A stretch of 64,000 nt of DNA from an uncultured Candidatus Saccharibacteria bacterium (GTDB taxonomy: Bacteria; Patescibacteriota; Doudnabacteria; UBA920; O2-02-FULL-48-8): contig CAZSDS010000001.1 of NCBI GenBank assembly GCA_964605735.1, positions 262,771-326,770 on the forward strand, written 5' to 3'. Positions 8,862 through 17,798 of this stretch are shown piece after piece. The translations under genes were made by a program, and so were the position numbers. Each line of letters opens with the position of its first letter. Position 1 is the first letter of the stretch. Below the pieces are notes generated by a model that worked only from the letters and a program-made list of their open reading frames with translations, was not told where the DNA came from and did no database searches.

Positions 8862-10153
8862 AGCGATTTTATTGTTTGGTCAAACTGGGAGCCTCGATCC
8901 TTAGAATCTTTAAACATTCCAAAACTTGCTGCGGCGGGAGAAAGCAAAATAACATCTCCGGTTTCAGCAAGGGAATTTGCCTGATCAATAATCTCCTGCA
9001 TGTTTTGCGAGCCCGTCAAAATCTTCCCTTTAAACCCTTGCAGGAGCGGCAGGAGTTTTGCAGACAAATCGCCGACAACCACTAGTCCTTTAATATGGTT
9101 TGCCGACAAAATCCTTGCGCAAAGGTTTTTGTAGTCAATGCCCTTGTCATATCCCCCAATAATAAGAACCAAACCAGAGTCAAAGGATTCAATGGCAGCC
9201 AAAGTTGAGTCAGGGTTGGTGCTAGCCGAATCATTAACGTATTTGATCCCATTTTTCTCGCCGACAAACTGCAGGCGCTGTGGCACTCCGGCGAATTCCG
9301 CCACCGCAATGCGAATCACATCCTCTGCCACTCCCAAAGCCTTGCAGGTCTCAGCCGCCGCAGCGATATTCTCAAAATTGTGCGACCCAAGCAAATTAGT
9401 TAGGTATCCCTCATACGATTTGGCGTCAAAAAATATTTTTCTGCCTCGGCCTGAGTTTAAGAAAACCTCGCCCAGAGAAGGGTGCAGGATGGCGAAGTCA
9501 TTTTCGTCTTGGTGCGCGATCATCTGAGCCTTGGCCCCCAGATATTCTGCGGTGGTCGAATGGGAAGACGGACGAAAACTGCCGTCATCCAAGTGGTCAC
9601 TGGTCACCGTTAAAATCACTCCAGTGTGCGGGCTCTTATGCAGGTCAATGGTTTGGAAGCTGGAAAGTTCAAGCACAGCCACTGAGTCAGAATTCAAATG
9701 ATCAACGAAGCTCAGTGGCGGTACGCCAATATTTCCACCCAGAAAAACTGATTTGCCCGAGCGTTTCAGAATTTCATAAATCAAAGAGGCTGTGGTGGTC
9801 TTGCCTTTCGTGCCGGTTACACCCACGACATCACAAGGACAGATCTCGAAAAACAATTTTGTATGGCTGTACACCGCATCCTGATTTTTGTATGCCAGAA
9901 GTTTAGGATGGTTGCGCGGAATTCCGGGGGCACGAAACAGCAGATCAAATTCATTTATGCTGTCCAGATATGCTTCCCCACCAATACAGGTTACACCTGA
10001 CAAATCTGTTTGTGCATTGTTGAATTGCTCAGCGTTTTTGTCGAGAACCGCGGCAACGGAAACACCATGTTTTTTCAGGTACTCAAAAGTCGCCTGGCCT
10101 TCCTTGCCAAAACCCAAAATCGCAATTTTCTTTTGCTTTAAACTATCCAGCAT
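8858..10153 (-). CDS. murD: UDP-N-acetylmuramoyl-L-alanine--D-glutamate ligase
   Basis: Mur ligase P-loop GVTGTKGKTTT, with the MurD N-terminal domain (KKIAILGFGKEGQA). Confidence 0.9.
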   Translation of the reverse strand: MLDSLKQKKIAILGFGKEGQATFEYLKKHGVSVAAVLDKNAEQFNNAQTDLSGVTCIGGEAYLDSINEFDLLFRAPGIPRNHPKLLAYKNQDAVYSHTKLFFEICPCDVVGVTGTKGKTTTASLIYEILKRSGKSVFLGGNIGVPPLSFVDHLNSDSVAVLELSSFQTIDLHKSPHTGVILTVTSDHLDDGSFRPSSHSTTAEYLGAKAQMIAHQDENDFAILHPSLGEVFLNSGRGRKIFFDAKSYEGYLTNLLGSHNFENIAAAAETCKALGVAEDVIRIAVAEFAGVPQRLQFVGEKNGIKYVNDSASTNPDSTLAAIESFDSGLVLIIGGYDKGIDYKNLCARILSANHIKGLVVVGDLSAKLLPLLQGFKGKILTGSQNMQEIIDQANSLAETGDVILLSPAAASFGMFKDSKDRGSQFDQTIKSL

Positions 10154-10162
10154 TATGAAACC

Positions 10163-11722
10163 TTATCTTCTGACTATCGAGCCATACATTCCCTGCAAGG
10201 CATTTTCCGACCAAGCCACATGCCCATTAACCAGCACATCCGATATGCCGAGCGGATACTGGTACGGATGCTTGTAGGTGGCTGTGTCCTGGACCAGTTT
10301 TGGATCAAAAATCACAATATCCGCAACAGCATTTTCATTAATCACTCCCCTGGTATTCAAACCCAGCAACCGGGCGGGCTCCGAAGTCATTTTCTTTATG
10401 GCATGCTCCCATTTCATTACCTTCTTTTCCCTGACCATTTTAAGGAAGGCTGGCATTGAGCCAAAGCATCTTGGATGAACGAGATGTTTTTGGTCAAAAT
10501 TATAACCAGCTCCGTCAGAAGAAATAATGGAAAGCGGAGACGACACAAACAGCTCCACCTGTTCGTCATTGAAATTATGGTCAAAAACAACCACTTGGGC
10601 CTGCGTTGCCGTCAGCACATTTAATATCGCTTCCTCTTTGGAACAATTTTGGTTGGCGGCTATCTCAATCATATTTTTGCCTATCAAACCGCTGGTGGCA
10701 TCAGCAGTGGCCACAATCAAGTTTTCGTATTCGAATTCCTGCTGTTTCAGATGATCCAAAATTTTGCGGCGCTCAGTCGGAAGCGCTATGCGCTTCAAAA
10801 TTTCTGAACGCCCGCCTTCATACGCCCAGCGAGGCAGATAAGTATAAAGGACTGACCATGAAGAGCTGTACGGGTAAACATCAAAAGAAATATCAACGCC
10901 ATGATGGTAAGCTGTTTCCAGCTTATTGATCAACCGGTCAAAGTTATGCCAGTTCTTTTTCCCGCGTATTTTCATATGGGAAATTTTAACCGGTATCTCA
11001 CAGCGTGTAGCAAGGTCAACCGCCTCATCCACTGCGTCAAGAACAGCACTGCCTTCTGAACGCAGGTGAACGCTAAGATATTTATTCTGTTTTTTCAAAA
11101 GAGAGGCAAGCTTAACCAGTTCTTCGGTTGTGGAGTCTACCTCATGCGCATACATAAGTCCCATAGACATACCCATGCCTCCTTCATCCAAAGCCTGGCC
11201 CAGCAGATTTTGCATAACCTTGATTTCATCTGGTTTTGCATTACGAGGCTGGTCTCCAAGCAGTCCGCGGCGCAAAGTCGCATGCCCGATCAAACTGCCA
11301 ACGTTCACCCCTTTTGGCATATGACTGAGAACTTCCAATAATTCGCCGAATGAACTCCAGTTCACGTTAATGCCGGTTAGGTTATGCCATTTCTGGATTG
11401 TTTTTAGAACTTCCGGGGAAGCCAACGGCGCAAGCGAAGATCCGCAGTTACCCATGATTATGGTTGTAATCCCCTGCGCCAAAAGGCTTTTCTGCTCCGG
11501 CTGGTCAAACAAGGTCCAGTAGGAATCAGAGTGGTTCTGAATGTCGATGAAACCAGGAGCAACATACTTGCCGTTGGCGTTTATGATTTTGGCGGCTTTC
11601 TTGGGATTTAACGATTGTCCAATCTGGTAAATCAAACCGTTGTTGATTGCAACATCACCCTGAAACGCAGACTTGCCAGTGCCATCTATAATAGTGCCAT
11701 TTTGAATGAGAATGTCGTACAT
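10163..11722 (-). CDS. N-acyl-D-amino-acid deacylase (D-aminoacylase), amidohydrolase superfamily
   Basis: The N-terminus MYDILIQNGTIIDGTG, the GFIDIQNHSD metal-binding HxH region and the overall 519-aa length are typical of D-aminoacylases. Confidence 0.75.
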   Translation of the reverse strand: MYDILIQNGTIIDGTGKSAFQGDVAINNGLIYQIGQSLNPKKAAKIINANGKYVAPGFIDIQNHSDSYWTLFDQPEQKSLLAQGITTIIMGNCGSSLAPLASPEVLKTIQKWHNLTGINVNWSSFGELLEVLSHMPKGVNVGSLIGHATLRRGLLGDQPRNAKPDEIKVMQNLLGQALDEGGMGMSMGLMYAHEVDSTTEELVKLASLLKKQNKYLSVHLRSEGSAVLDAVDEAVDLATRCEIPVKISHMKIRGKKNWHNFDRLINKLETAYHHGVDISFDVYPYSSSWSVLYTYLPRWAYEGGRSEILKRIALPTERRKILDHLKQQEFEYENLIVATADATSGLIGKNMIEIAANQNCSKEEAILNVLTATQAQVVVFDHNFNDEQVELFVSSPLSIISSDGAGYNFDQKHLVHPRCFGSMPAFLKMVREKKVMKWEHAIKKMTSEPARLLGLNTRGVINENAVADIVIFDPKLVQDTATYKHPYQYPLGISDVLVNGHVAWSENALQGMYGSIVRR

Positions 11723-11729
11723 TTTATTT

Positions 11730-12755
11730 TTATCGCCCGATAAGACTTATGGTCACACCGACTACCGCTGCCACTGCAGAGATAATCCAAAAACGCATGG
11801 TAACTTTTGTTTCCGGCCAGCCAATCGCCTCAAAATGATGGTGCAGAGGCGCGGAAAGGAAAATTTTGCGTCCGAAATATTTTTTTGAAAAACGCTGCAA
11901 GAGCGACGATAATCCTTCCGCCACAAAAACCAGACCAATAATAGGCAAAACAATCCAAGAATCCGTAAGCATGGCTATGACTGCCAAGGTCGCACCCAAA
12001 GCCAGAGAGCCGGTGTCACCCATGAAAAATCTTGCAGGGTGGATATTAAACCACAAAAACGCGAGCAGCGCTCCCAGAATTGTGGCGCAGAAAGCAGCAA
12101 TACCAATATTTCCTTGTGTAAACGAGATAAATGCAAAGCCGGCAAAAGAAGTTGCCAGAACACCTCCGGCAAGACCATCCAAGCCGTCCGTTATGTTCAC
12201 GGCATTGCTGAAAAAAACCACAGTCAGAATAAAGAGCAAGGCGTAAAGGATAGGACCAATGGTCAAAACCGGATCCCAGCCGAATGCGCTGACCACAGGC
12301 ACAGTGATGGAATTGAATCCAAGTTTTTCAACGAACCACCAGGCACCCAAACCAGCAATAGCAAACTGGAAAATAAATTTGGTTTTGATCCCTAGCCCCT
12401 TAACGGCGCTTATGCCGCGGATATTCATGTAATCGTCAATCATTCCCAAAATACCTGATGAAACCAGAATAAATACCGGCAGCCAGGTTTGTGAACGGGA
12501 CAAATTGAAAAACAAGGTCAAAATAGCGGCTGTCCCCCAAATCAAAACTCCTCCCATGATCGGAGTGCCGGCTTTTTTTTCATGCAGCTTGCGGAATATT
12601 TCGGCTGAGGTATTGTCCCACGCTTTTTCCCGAAGCTGTTTGTACATTTTATGTTTGTACAAAAAATTCGTCCAAACAGGGGTTAAGGCAATCGCTAATC
12701 CAAAAGATACGGCTGCCAGGGTAAAAATTTCAATTACTGCGGGGTTTATGTTCAT
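11730..12755 (-). CDS. mraY: Phospho-N-acetylmuramoyl-pentapeptide transferase
   Basis: Carries the DDxxN-like motif (IDDYMNIRG), NITDGLDGLAGG, and FMGDTGSLALGA. Confidence 0.92.
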   Translation of the reverse strand: MNINPAVIEIFTLAAVSFGLAIALTPVWTNFLYKHKMYKQLREKAWDNTSAEIFRKLHEKKAGTPIMGGVLIWGTAAILTLFFNLSRSQTWLPVFILVSSGILGMIDDYMNIRGISAVKGLGIKTKFIFQFAIAGLGAWWFVEKLGFNSITVPVVSAFGWDPVLTIGPILYALLFILTVVFFSNAVNITDGLDGLAGGVLATSFAGFAFISFTQGNIGIAAFCATILGALLAFLWFNIHPARFFMGDTGSLALGATLAVIAMLTDSWIVLPIIGLVFVAEGLSSLLQRFSKKYFGRKIFLSAPLHHHFEAIGWPETKVTMRFWIISAVAAVVGVTISLIGR

Positions 12756-12837
12756 TTTGTTTCAAAATAAGGACATATCCACAAGGGATTTGTCCTTAAA
12801 TTATACAATATTTGGCACTCGCAAAGCAAATTTGAAC

Positions 12838-13737
12838 TTACCAGCGATAAACAGAGTAGATCCAGTCCAGGATTTTCCTTGTATCTCCTTCCCGGTCATC
12901 GCTCCCAAGAACTATTGTGACAATATCAGCGCGGCCTTTTACGGAACGGACAACCAAATTCCCCTTTGCCTCGGAAGTATAGCCAGTTTTTACACCAATA
13001 ACGCTGGGGTCTTCCAGCAGAAGTTTGTTGGTGGTCGTCAGTTTGTGAGGATAGCTTAAATTTTCAGCTTTAATCTCAGTCTCAGCCGTCCGGACAATTT
13101 CATTCAGAGTTTCGTTTTTCAGAAACACCTCCAGAGCCTGAACCATGTCGTGGGCGGAAGAATAGTGCTGAGGATCATCAAATCCGATTGGGTTGGCAAA
13201 ATTCGTGTTAGTCATACCCAATGCCCGCGCTTTAACGTTCATCAGCCTGACAAAATTATCTATTGACCCGCCGACGTGCCTAACCAAAGCCCTGGTAGAA
13301 TCATTGTGCGAGGAAATCAACATGGCCTTGAGCAATTCGCTGACTTTGATCTTTTCCCCGGCCACCAAACCAGTATTCGGCCCTATAACTCTAATGTCTG
13401 CCTCCTGAACCTCAACAATCTCGTCCAGACGGCCTGATTCCATGACCACCAGCGCCGCAACGAGCTTTGTCAGGCTGGCCACAGGCAGACGATGGTCAAA
13501 ATTATGCGTGTAGAGGAAAGTTCCGCTTTGGTAATCATAGGCCAACACTGAACGAGCCGTCAGTTGTGGCTGTTCAATAATAGCAAAAAGCTCAGGAGCG
13601 GCTTTCGTATCGCTGATCCGTTCCTGGGCTCTCCCTAACACTTGTAATTTGTCGAGTTGTTTGACTTTATCTTCCCAATTCGGGATCAAACCTACGGCCA
13701 ATATACAGACTGCCGCAAAGACTAGTTTTTTTATCAT
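12838..13737 (-). CDS. D-alanyl-D-alanine carboxypeptidase (S11, PBP5/DacA-like)
   Basis: Signal-anchor N-terminus with the SxxK (SLTKL), SxN (SSHND) and KTG (KTGYT) motifs. Confidence 0.85.
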   Translation of the reverse strand: MIKKLVFAAVCILAVGLIPNWEDKVKQLDKLQVLGRAQERISDTKAAPELFAIIEQPQLTARSVLAYDYQSGTFLYTHNFDHRLPVASLTKLVAALVVMESGRLDEIVEVQEADIRVIGPNTGLVAGEKIKVSELLKAMLISSHNDSTRALVRHVGGSIDNFVRLMNVKARALGMTNTNFANPIGFDDPQHYSSAHDMVQALEVFLKNETLNEIVRTAETEIKAENLSYPHKLTTTNKLLLEDPSVIGVKTGYTSEAKGNLVVRSVKGRADIVTIVLGSDDREGDTRKILDWIYSVYRW

Positions 13738-13799
13738 TAAACGCGGTTACTCAGTAGTTCTCTACTATAATACTAAATCTGTCTGTTTTCTCAAAATCG

Positions 13800-13829
13800 T
13801 TGACAACGGACAACAGTCCAAATTATAAT
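13800..13829 (+). promoter_or_regulatory. Sigma70-like promoter (TTGACA-18-TATAAT) for trxA
   Basis: Reads TTGACAacggacaacagtccaaatTATAAT, about 35 nt upstream of the trxA RBS. Confidence 0.5.
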
Positions 13830-13865
13830 TAAACGGTTAGGAATTAACGGCGGAGAAAGAGTGAT

Positions 13866-14189
13866 ATGGAAATTCAAATTACAGACCAAAATTTTGATCA
13901 AGAGGTTTTAAGCGGTGACAAACCAGTGCTGGTTGACTTCTGGGCACCGTGGTGCGGTCCATGCAAAATGGTTTCTCCTGCTGTCACAGAGTTGGCTGAA
14001 GAGCTGAAAGAACATTTGAAAGTCGGAAAGCTTAATGTTGATGAAAACCCACAAGCCACTTCAAAATACCAAATCTTCAGCATCCCTTCCCTGAAAGTAT
14101 TCAAGGGCGGGAAAATCATTGGAGAAATTGTTGGCGCCGCTCCAAAAGCCGTCATTGAACAAAAGGTCAAATCCATTATCGGTATTTAA
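13866..14189 (+). CDS. trxA: Thioredoxin
   Basis: WCGPC active site within 107 aa. Confidence 0.95.
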   Translation: MEIQITDQNFDQEVLSGDKPVLVDFWAPWCGPCKMVSPAVTELAEELKEHLKVGKLNVDENPQATSKYQIFSIPSLKVFKGGKIIGEIVGAAPKAVIEQKVKSIIGI

Positions 14190-14200
14190 TTACAGATACG

Positions 14201-14231
14201 AAAAAAAACCGCCCGTGGGCGGTTTTTTTTT
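14201..14231. terminator. Bidirectional intrinsic terminator
   Basis: The sequence AAAAAAAACCGCCCGTGGGCGGTTTTTTTTT sits between convergent trxA and the 14230 gene. Confidence 0.8.
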
Positions 14232-14433
14232 ACTGGCCAGAGGCCCCATCAATATCCACGTTTGCTCCGGGGTTCTCAGAGTCACTGCTCGACCCTCCAA
14301 ATAAGTTGGATCCGAACAGTAATACAGCCAAGAGGACTATCAGCACCGCAACTACAGCCCATAAGCCTGCCCCTGTACCGGAATCACGTTCAACGTAATG
14401 GTGATGGTCGTGCATTTCGGCTGGTTTTGCCAT
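14230..14433 (-). CDS. Small membrane protein with His-rich N-terminus
   Basis: A 67-aa protein with MHDHHHY, then one TM helix and a Gly/Ser-rich tail. Confidence 0.4.
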   Translation of the reverse strand: MAKPAEMHDHHHYVERDSGTGAGLWAVVAVLIVLLAVLLFGSNLFGGSSSDSENPGANVDIDGASGQ

Positions 14434-14460
14434 AAATTATTTCTCCTATTTACTTGCTGT

Positions 14461-14730
14461 TTACCGAGGAAGCGACGAAGTGCGCTGGAAGCCCCTCACG
14501 ATTCCAAGCAAGACCACTGAGCCCAGCAAGGCAACCAGGAAGCTTGTTATGTCAAAACCAGTGTTGAGGTCCGGGCCGCCGAATAGCGCCACCAGCCAAC
14601 CTCCTATCAGTGCACCCAGAATACCTACCACTATGTTAGCCCCAATACCCATCTGGGCATCAGTTCTCATAATCATGCTTGCCACCCAACCTGCCAATCC
14701 TCCAACCACAATCCACGCGAGAATATTCAT
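14461..14730 (-). CDS. GlsB/YeaQ/YmgE-family transglycosylase-associated small membrane protein
   Basis: AWIVVGGLAGWVA...IVVGILGALIGGWL is a hallmark of the family. Confidence 0.85.
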   Translation of the reverse strand: MNILAWIVVGGLAGWVASMIMRTDAQMGIGANIVVGILGALIGGWLVALFGGPDLNTGFDITSFLVALLGSVVLLGIVRGFQRTSSLPR

Positions 14731-14766
14731 TATTAATCACCCCTTTCTTTTTTAATTTGTTAATTA

Positions 14767-15183
14767 TTAAGCCCGGAAATCAAAACTGTCGTCGAGCTTA
14801 GGTTCCGAGTCGCTCAAACTGCCCGTGCTGCCCGCACCTGTCGCAATGTTTGAGCTTGGCGGATCTTTCCACCGGTCTTTTATTCTTGCCCAGTGAAATT
14901 TTAAATCACTGACCATATCCTGAAGTTCGTTTTGGCTGATGCCTTTGGCTTTGCCGTACGCACTGCTGACCTCGTCAACAATTTGGTTATATCTCGTTTG
15001 TGTCATGTCTCTGAACGCATTCGTTCGGTCAAGCACCTGTGACTTCATCTCCTGATAAGCCTTGCTTTCGTTAACTTTTTTCTTTATCTTTTCGCCGAAT
15101 AGCGCCCAGACCACCATACCGCCGACAAACCCTAATACCGCACCGCCCCAACCCATCCCCCTGCCCGCTGAATACGCACTCAT
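14767..15183 (-). CDS. YtxH-like general stress membrane protein
   Basis: N-terminal Gly-rich TM helix then a long amphipathic helix. Confidence 0.4.
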   Translation of the reverse strand: MSAYSAGRGMGWGGAVLGFVGGMVVWALFGEKIKKKVNESKAYQEMKSQVLDRTNAFRDMTQTRYNQIVDEVSSAYGKAKGISQNELQDMVSDLKFHWARIKDRWKDPPSSNIATGAGSTGSLSDSEPKLDDSFDFRA

Positions 15184-15189
15184 AGAAAT

Positions 15190-15435
15190 TTATCTCCTGA
15201 AAATAAATGTTCTTAATATCCTAAAGATTACCCCGACCAAAGTAACCTTTCCCCAACTCTTTGCCATGGTTCCCAGAGAATTCTGGATATCCCTCGCGGC
15301 AAGGTTCAGCGTACGAAACCCAGTTTTCGCCAAACGACTTATCTGATAGATCACGTAAAAAAAGAAGACAATAAAAATGCTGACTAATATCAGAGCAACG
15401 CTTGCAACCCCATAAAAAAATTCTTGTGCTTCCAT
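15190..15435 (-). CDS. Small membrane protein (short version of ORF 15190..15585)
   Basis: Starts at the internal ATG (MEAQEFFYGVASVALILVSIF...). The longer TTG-initiated version would contain a hairpin plus T-run terminator. Confidence 0.35.
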   Translation of the reverse strand: MEAQEFFYGVASVALILVSIFIVFFFYVIYQISRLAKTGFRTLNLAARDIQNSLGTMAKSWGKVTLVGVIFRILRTFIFRR

Positions 15436-15544
15436 ACTCGTAATCTTAGTGTAATAATTCACAATCTCAAGTGTCTTATTGCACCAACTTAATTCAACCA
15501 AGCAATACAAAAGATTGACGATAATACCCAAAGTTGTGGACAAT

Positions 15545-15570
15545 AAAAAACGGCCTTTTCTGGCCGTTTT
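15545..15570. terminator. Intrinsic terminator (ACGGCC-loop-GGCCGT flanked by A6/T run)
   Basis: Reads aaaaaaCGGCCttttctGGCCGtttt, directly downstream of the 15612..16100 gene on the minus strand. Confidence 0.6.
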
Positions 15571-15611
15571 GCCTAGTATTTCCAAATCCGCGCCGACTTT
15601 GATTATTGTGA

Positions 15612-16100
15612 TTATGTATGACGATCCGCTACGGATGAAGCCCCGTAAGAATCCGGTTTGGTTTTAACCGTGAACCCGTTCCCTTTAATCATACCTACGA
15701 TTTCATTTACCATTTTTTTAGTCTCGCCGTTTGGTCCAACATCAACGTGAATGGACAAATTAAAATCTTCAACCTTCATCCGCTTAAGTTTCTCAATCAA
15801 CTGCTCTGCAAGGTGCAGTGAAAACAAGGCTTCCTGAAAAATTCTTTGCCTTAAGCTATACATGTGGGCCTCATGTTTTTTGGCCCAGAAATATATTCCG
15901 CCGCTTCTCTTCCTGTGCACGATTATGGCCGAAACAAACTCAGCCGTATGGTTGCCATACAGCAATGAATCAGTCCCGATTATCAGTTCGTATTGCATGC
16001 CCGGGGCAATAGCTATGTAATCCAGTAATTTTTGCACAGCACCGTCAAAATCGAGCTGGCCATAAGTTTGGCTATTGAATTGGTTAAATTCGTAAGTCAT
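15612..16100 (-). CDS. YkuK/DUF458-like RNase H-fold protein
   Basis: A 162-aa protein with an IIGTDS core and overall pattern recalled as DUF458. This family assignment comes from memory. Confidence 0.4.
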   Translation of the reverse strand: MTYEFNQFNSQTYGQLDFDGAVQKLLDYIAIAPGMQYELIIGTDSLLYGNHTAEFVSAIIVHRKRSGGIYFWAKKHEAHMYSLRQRIFQEALFSLHLAEQLIEKLKRMKVEDFNLSIHVDVGPNGETKKMVNEIVGMIKGNGFTVKTKPDSYGASSVADRHT

Positions 16101-16985
16101 TTAGACGTGAATTAATTTTTCCCGGCACTCAACTCTGCAAAAAGCCTTTCCGTCAACAATACAATTCTCACAGCAGATAAAATGTTTGTGGCACTCGTCA
16201 TAAGCGCAATTTACGTAATTTTCGGATGAAGTTTCGCATAAAGCACATTTGCCCAGGACCTCATGCCCGGGAGCATCCGTTTCAAAACCCATTAACACGC
16301 GGTTGTCGAAAACATAGAGCTTCCCTTTAAAATGCTGGTTGGGGAATTTTTCCATGTACGAAACAATCCCATCCTTAAGCTGGTAAACTTCCTTAAAACC
16401 TTTTTTTATGAGATAGCCTGAGGCTTTTTCACAACGGACGCCTCCGGTGCAGACAGTAATTACGGTTTGATCCTTTAGGTGCGAGATATTCTCCACCGCA
16501 TTTTTTAGGTCTTTGAAGTTTTCCATGCCCGGCAAAACTGAATCTTCAAATTGGCCTGCTGCCTGCTCATAGTCGTTGCGCATATCGACTATTTTAAATT
16601 TTTTGCCTTGCATGAACCAGTTGTGAAGCTCTTCTGCGGACAGGTATTTACCTGTGACTTCATTTGGATTAACATCCTCTTCACCCAAAAAACTGGTGAC
16701 AATCTCTTTTCGAACTTTTACTGCCAGCTTGGGAAAAGCCTTGCCAGTGCCCGGGCTTTTCTTCCAGCTGATGCCGGAAAAAAGTCCATGGTTGTCCATG
16801 AACTGGCAATAAGCCTCAACTGCATGCTTGTCTCCCTCTAAGGTGCCGTTAATCCCCTCAGAGCCAATCAAAATACGGCCTTTCAGGCCTAGTTCATGGC
16901 AGAGTGACCTTTGTTGGATCATGATGTCACGAGGTCTTGGAATGCTGACGTATTTGTAATAGAGAAGAATGACCGGGTTTTTCAT
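16101..16985 (-). CDS. trhO: tRNA uridine(34) hydroxylase TrhO (rhodanese-like, UPF0176/YceA) with Cys-rich C-terminal extension
   Basis: The N-terminus MKNPVILLYYKYV plus SEGINGT is characteristic. A rhodanese Cys lies in CTGGVRCEKA, and the C-terminal tail contains about 10 Cys. Confidence 0.8.
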   Translation of the reverse strand: MKNPVILLYYKYVSIPRPRDIMIQQRSLCHELGLKGRILIGSEGINGTLEGDKHAVEAYCQFMDNHGLFSGISWKKSPGTGKAFPKLAVKVRKEIVTSFLGEEDVNPNEVTGKYLSAEELHNWFMQGKKFKIVDMRNDYEQAAGQFEDSVLPGMENFKDLKNAVENISHLKDQTVITVCTGGVRCEKASGYLIKKGFKEVYQLKDGIVSYMEKFPNQHFKGKLYVFDNRVLMGFETDAPGHEVLGKCALCETSSENYVNCAYDECHKHFICCENCIVDGKAFCRVECREKLIHV

Positions 16986-17025
16986 ACGGAGATATTATAC
17001 TTATCCACGGCTCAAATTACCAGCC

Positions 17026-17054
17026 TTGACAATACTGCTGAGATGTATTAAAAT
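17026..17054 (+). promoter_or_regulatory. Near-consensus sigma70 promoter (TTGACA-17-TAAAAT)
   Basis: Reads TTGACAatactgctgagatgtatTAAAAT, followed by the RBS AAAGGAGGAAcc and then ATG 17102. Confidence 0.55.
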
Positions 17055-17101
17055 TTCCAGTTCCCGTTTTTTAGCACCCGCAATTCAATAAAGGAGGAAC
17101 C

Positions 17102-17740
17102 ATGTTCGACCAAGCGCTCCTGTTGCTTTTATTGGCAGGTTTTGCCAGTGAAGGCCAACAGGTTACTACAAATGCTGAAATCAAAGCAGTGATAGCGGAA
17201 AATCAGTTTGTGGTGACCAGGTATTTTGGCGATACGCTGGCTCAACCTGACGCGCCAGAGCCAAAGGTCACACCAACAATGAGCGCCAAAGCCAACCACA
17301 AGATCTACGTTGAGAATCTGATCAGGGAGATCTTTGCCCCCGCTGGTCCGAAGGAAGTACAGCGGGCACTGGCAGTTAGCTTTTCTGAAAATCAACCCAG
17401 AGATTGTAAAGCTGTCAGTCCTGTGAATAAGAACGGAAGTGTAGACTTAGGCGTATTCCAAATGAACTCAAAGCACATGGATGAATACGCTGACCTTGAT
17501 TTTCACGACTGCCGCGACAATATCATCGCAGCGTATCGGCACTCTCGTAAATACGGATGGAGGCGCTGGACAGTTTTCAGAAACGGCAGGTATCTGGAGT
17601 CCCTGCCGCTCTACCAAAACGAAACAGTGTACACTGCATCCACCACCTCGGTTGCTGGGTTTACTGTCACTTCCACCACCAGCTTGCCCCAAGATCAAAT
17701 CGGACTGGTTGTTACCCAGTCCCCAAACAGCAGACGCTGA
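17102..17740 (+). CDS. Secreted lysozyme-like lytic transglycosylase (SLT-domain)
   Basis: Signal peptide present. The FSENQPRDCKAVSPVNKNGSVDLGVFQMNSKH stretch matches the SLT catalytic region (ES...GLMQ). Confidence 0.65.
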   Translation: MFDQALLLLLLAGFASEGQQVTTNAEIKAVIAENQFVVTRYFGDTLAQPDAPEPKVTPTMSAKANHKIYVENLIREIFAPAGPKEVQRALAVSFSENQPRDCKAVSPVNKNGSVDLGVFQMNSKHMDEYADLDFHDCRDNIIAAYRHSRKYGWRRWTVFRNGRYLESLPLYQNETVYTASTTSVAGFTVTSTTSLPQDQIGLVVTQSPNSRR

Positions 17741-17766
17741 CGCACTCTCCGAGTGCGTCTTTTTTA
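17739..17766 (+). terminator. Intrinsic terminator
   Basis: A GACGCACTC/GAGTGCGTC 9-bp stem followed by a T6 run immediately after the stop codon. Confidence 0.8.
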
Positions 17767-17798
17767 ATATAAAAATTCCCGGAGTAGAACCAAGTCAC

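Noticed and set aside
15436-15585. Long version of ORF 15190..15585
   Set aside because: It contains an intrinsic terminator in its first codons and uses a TTG start without an SD.
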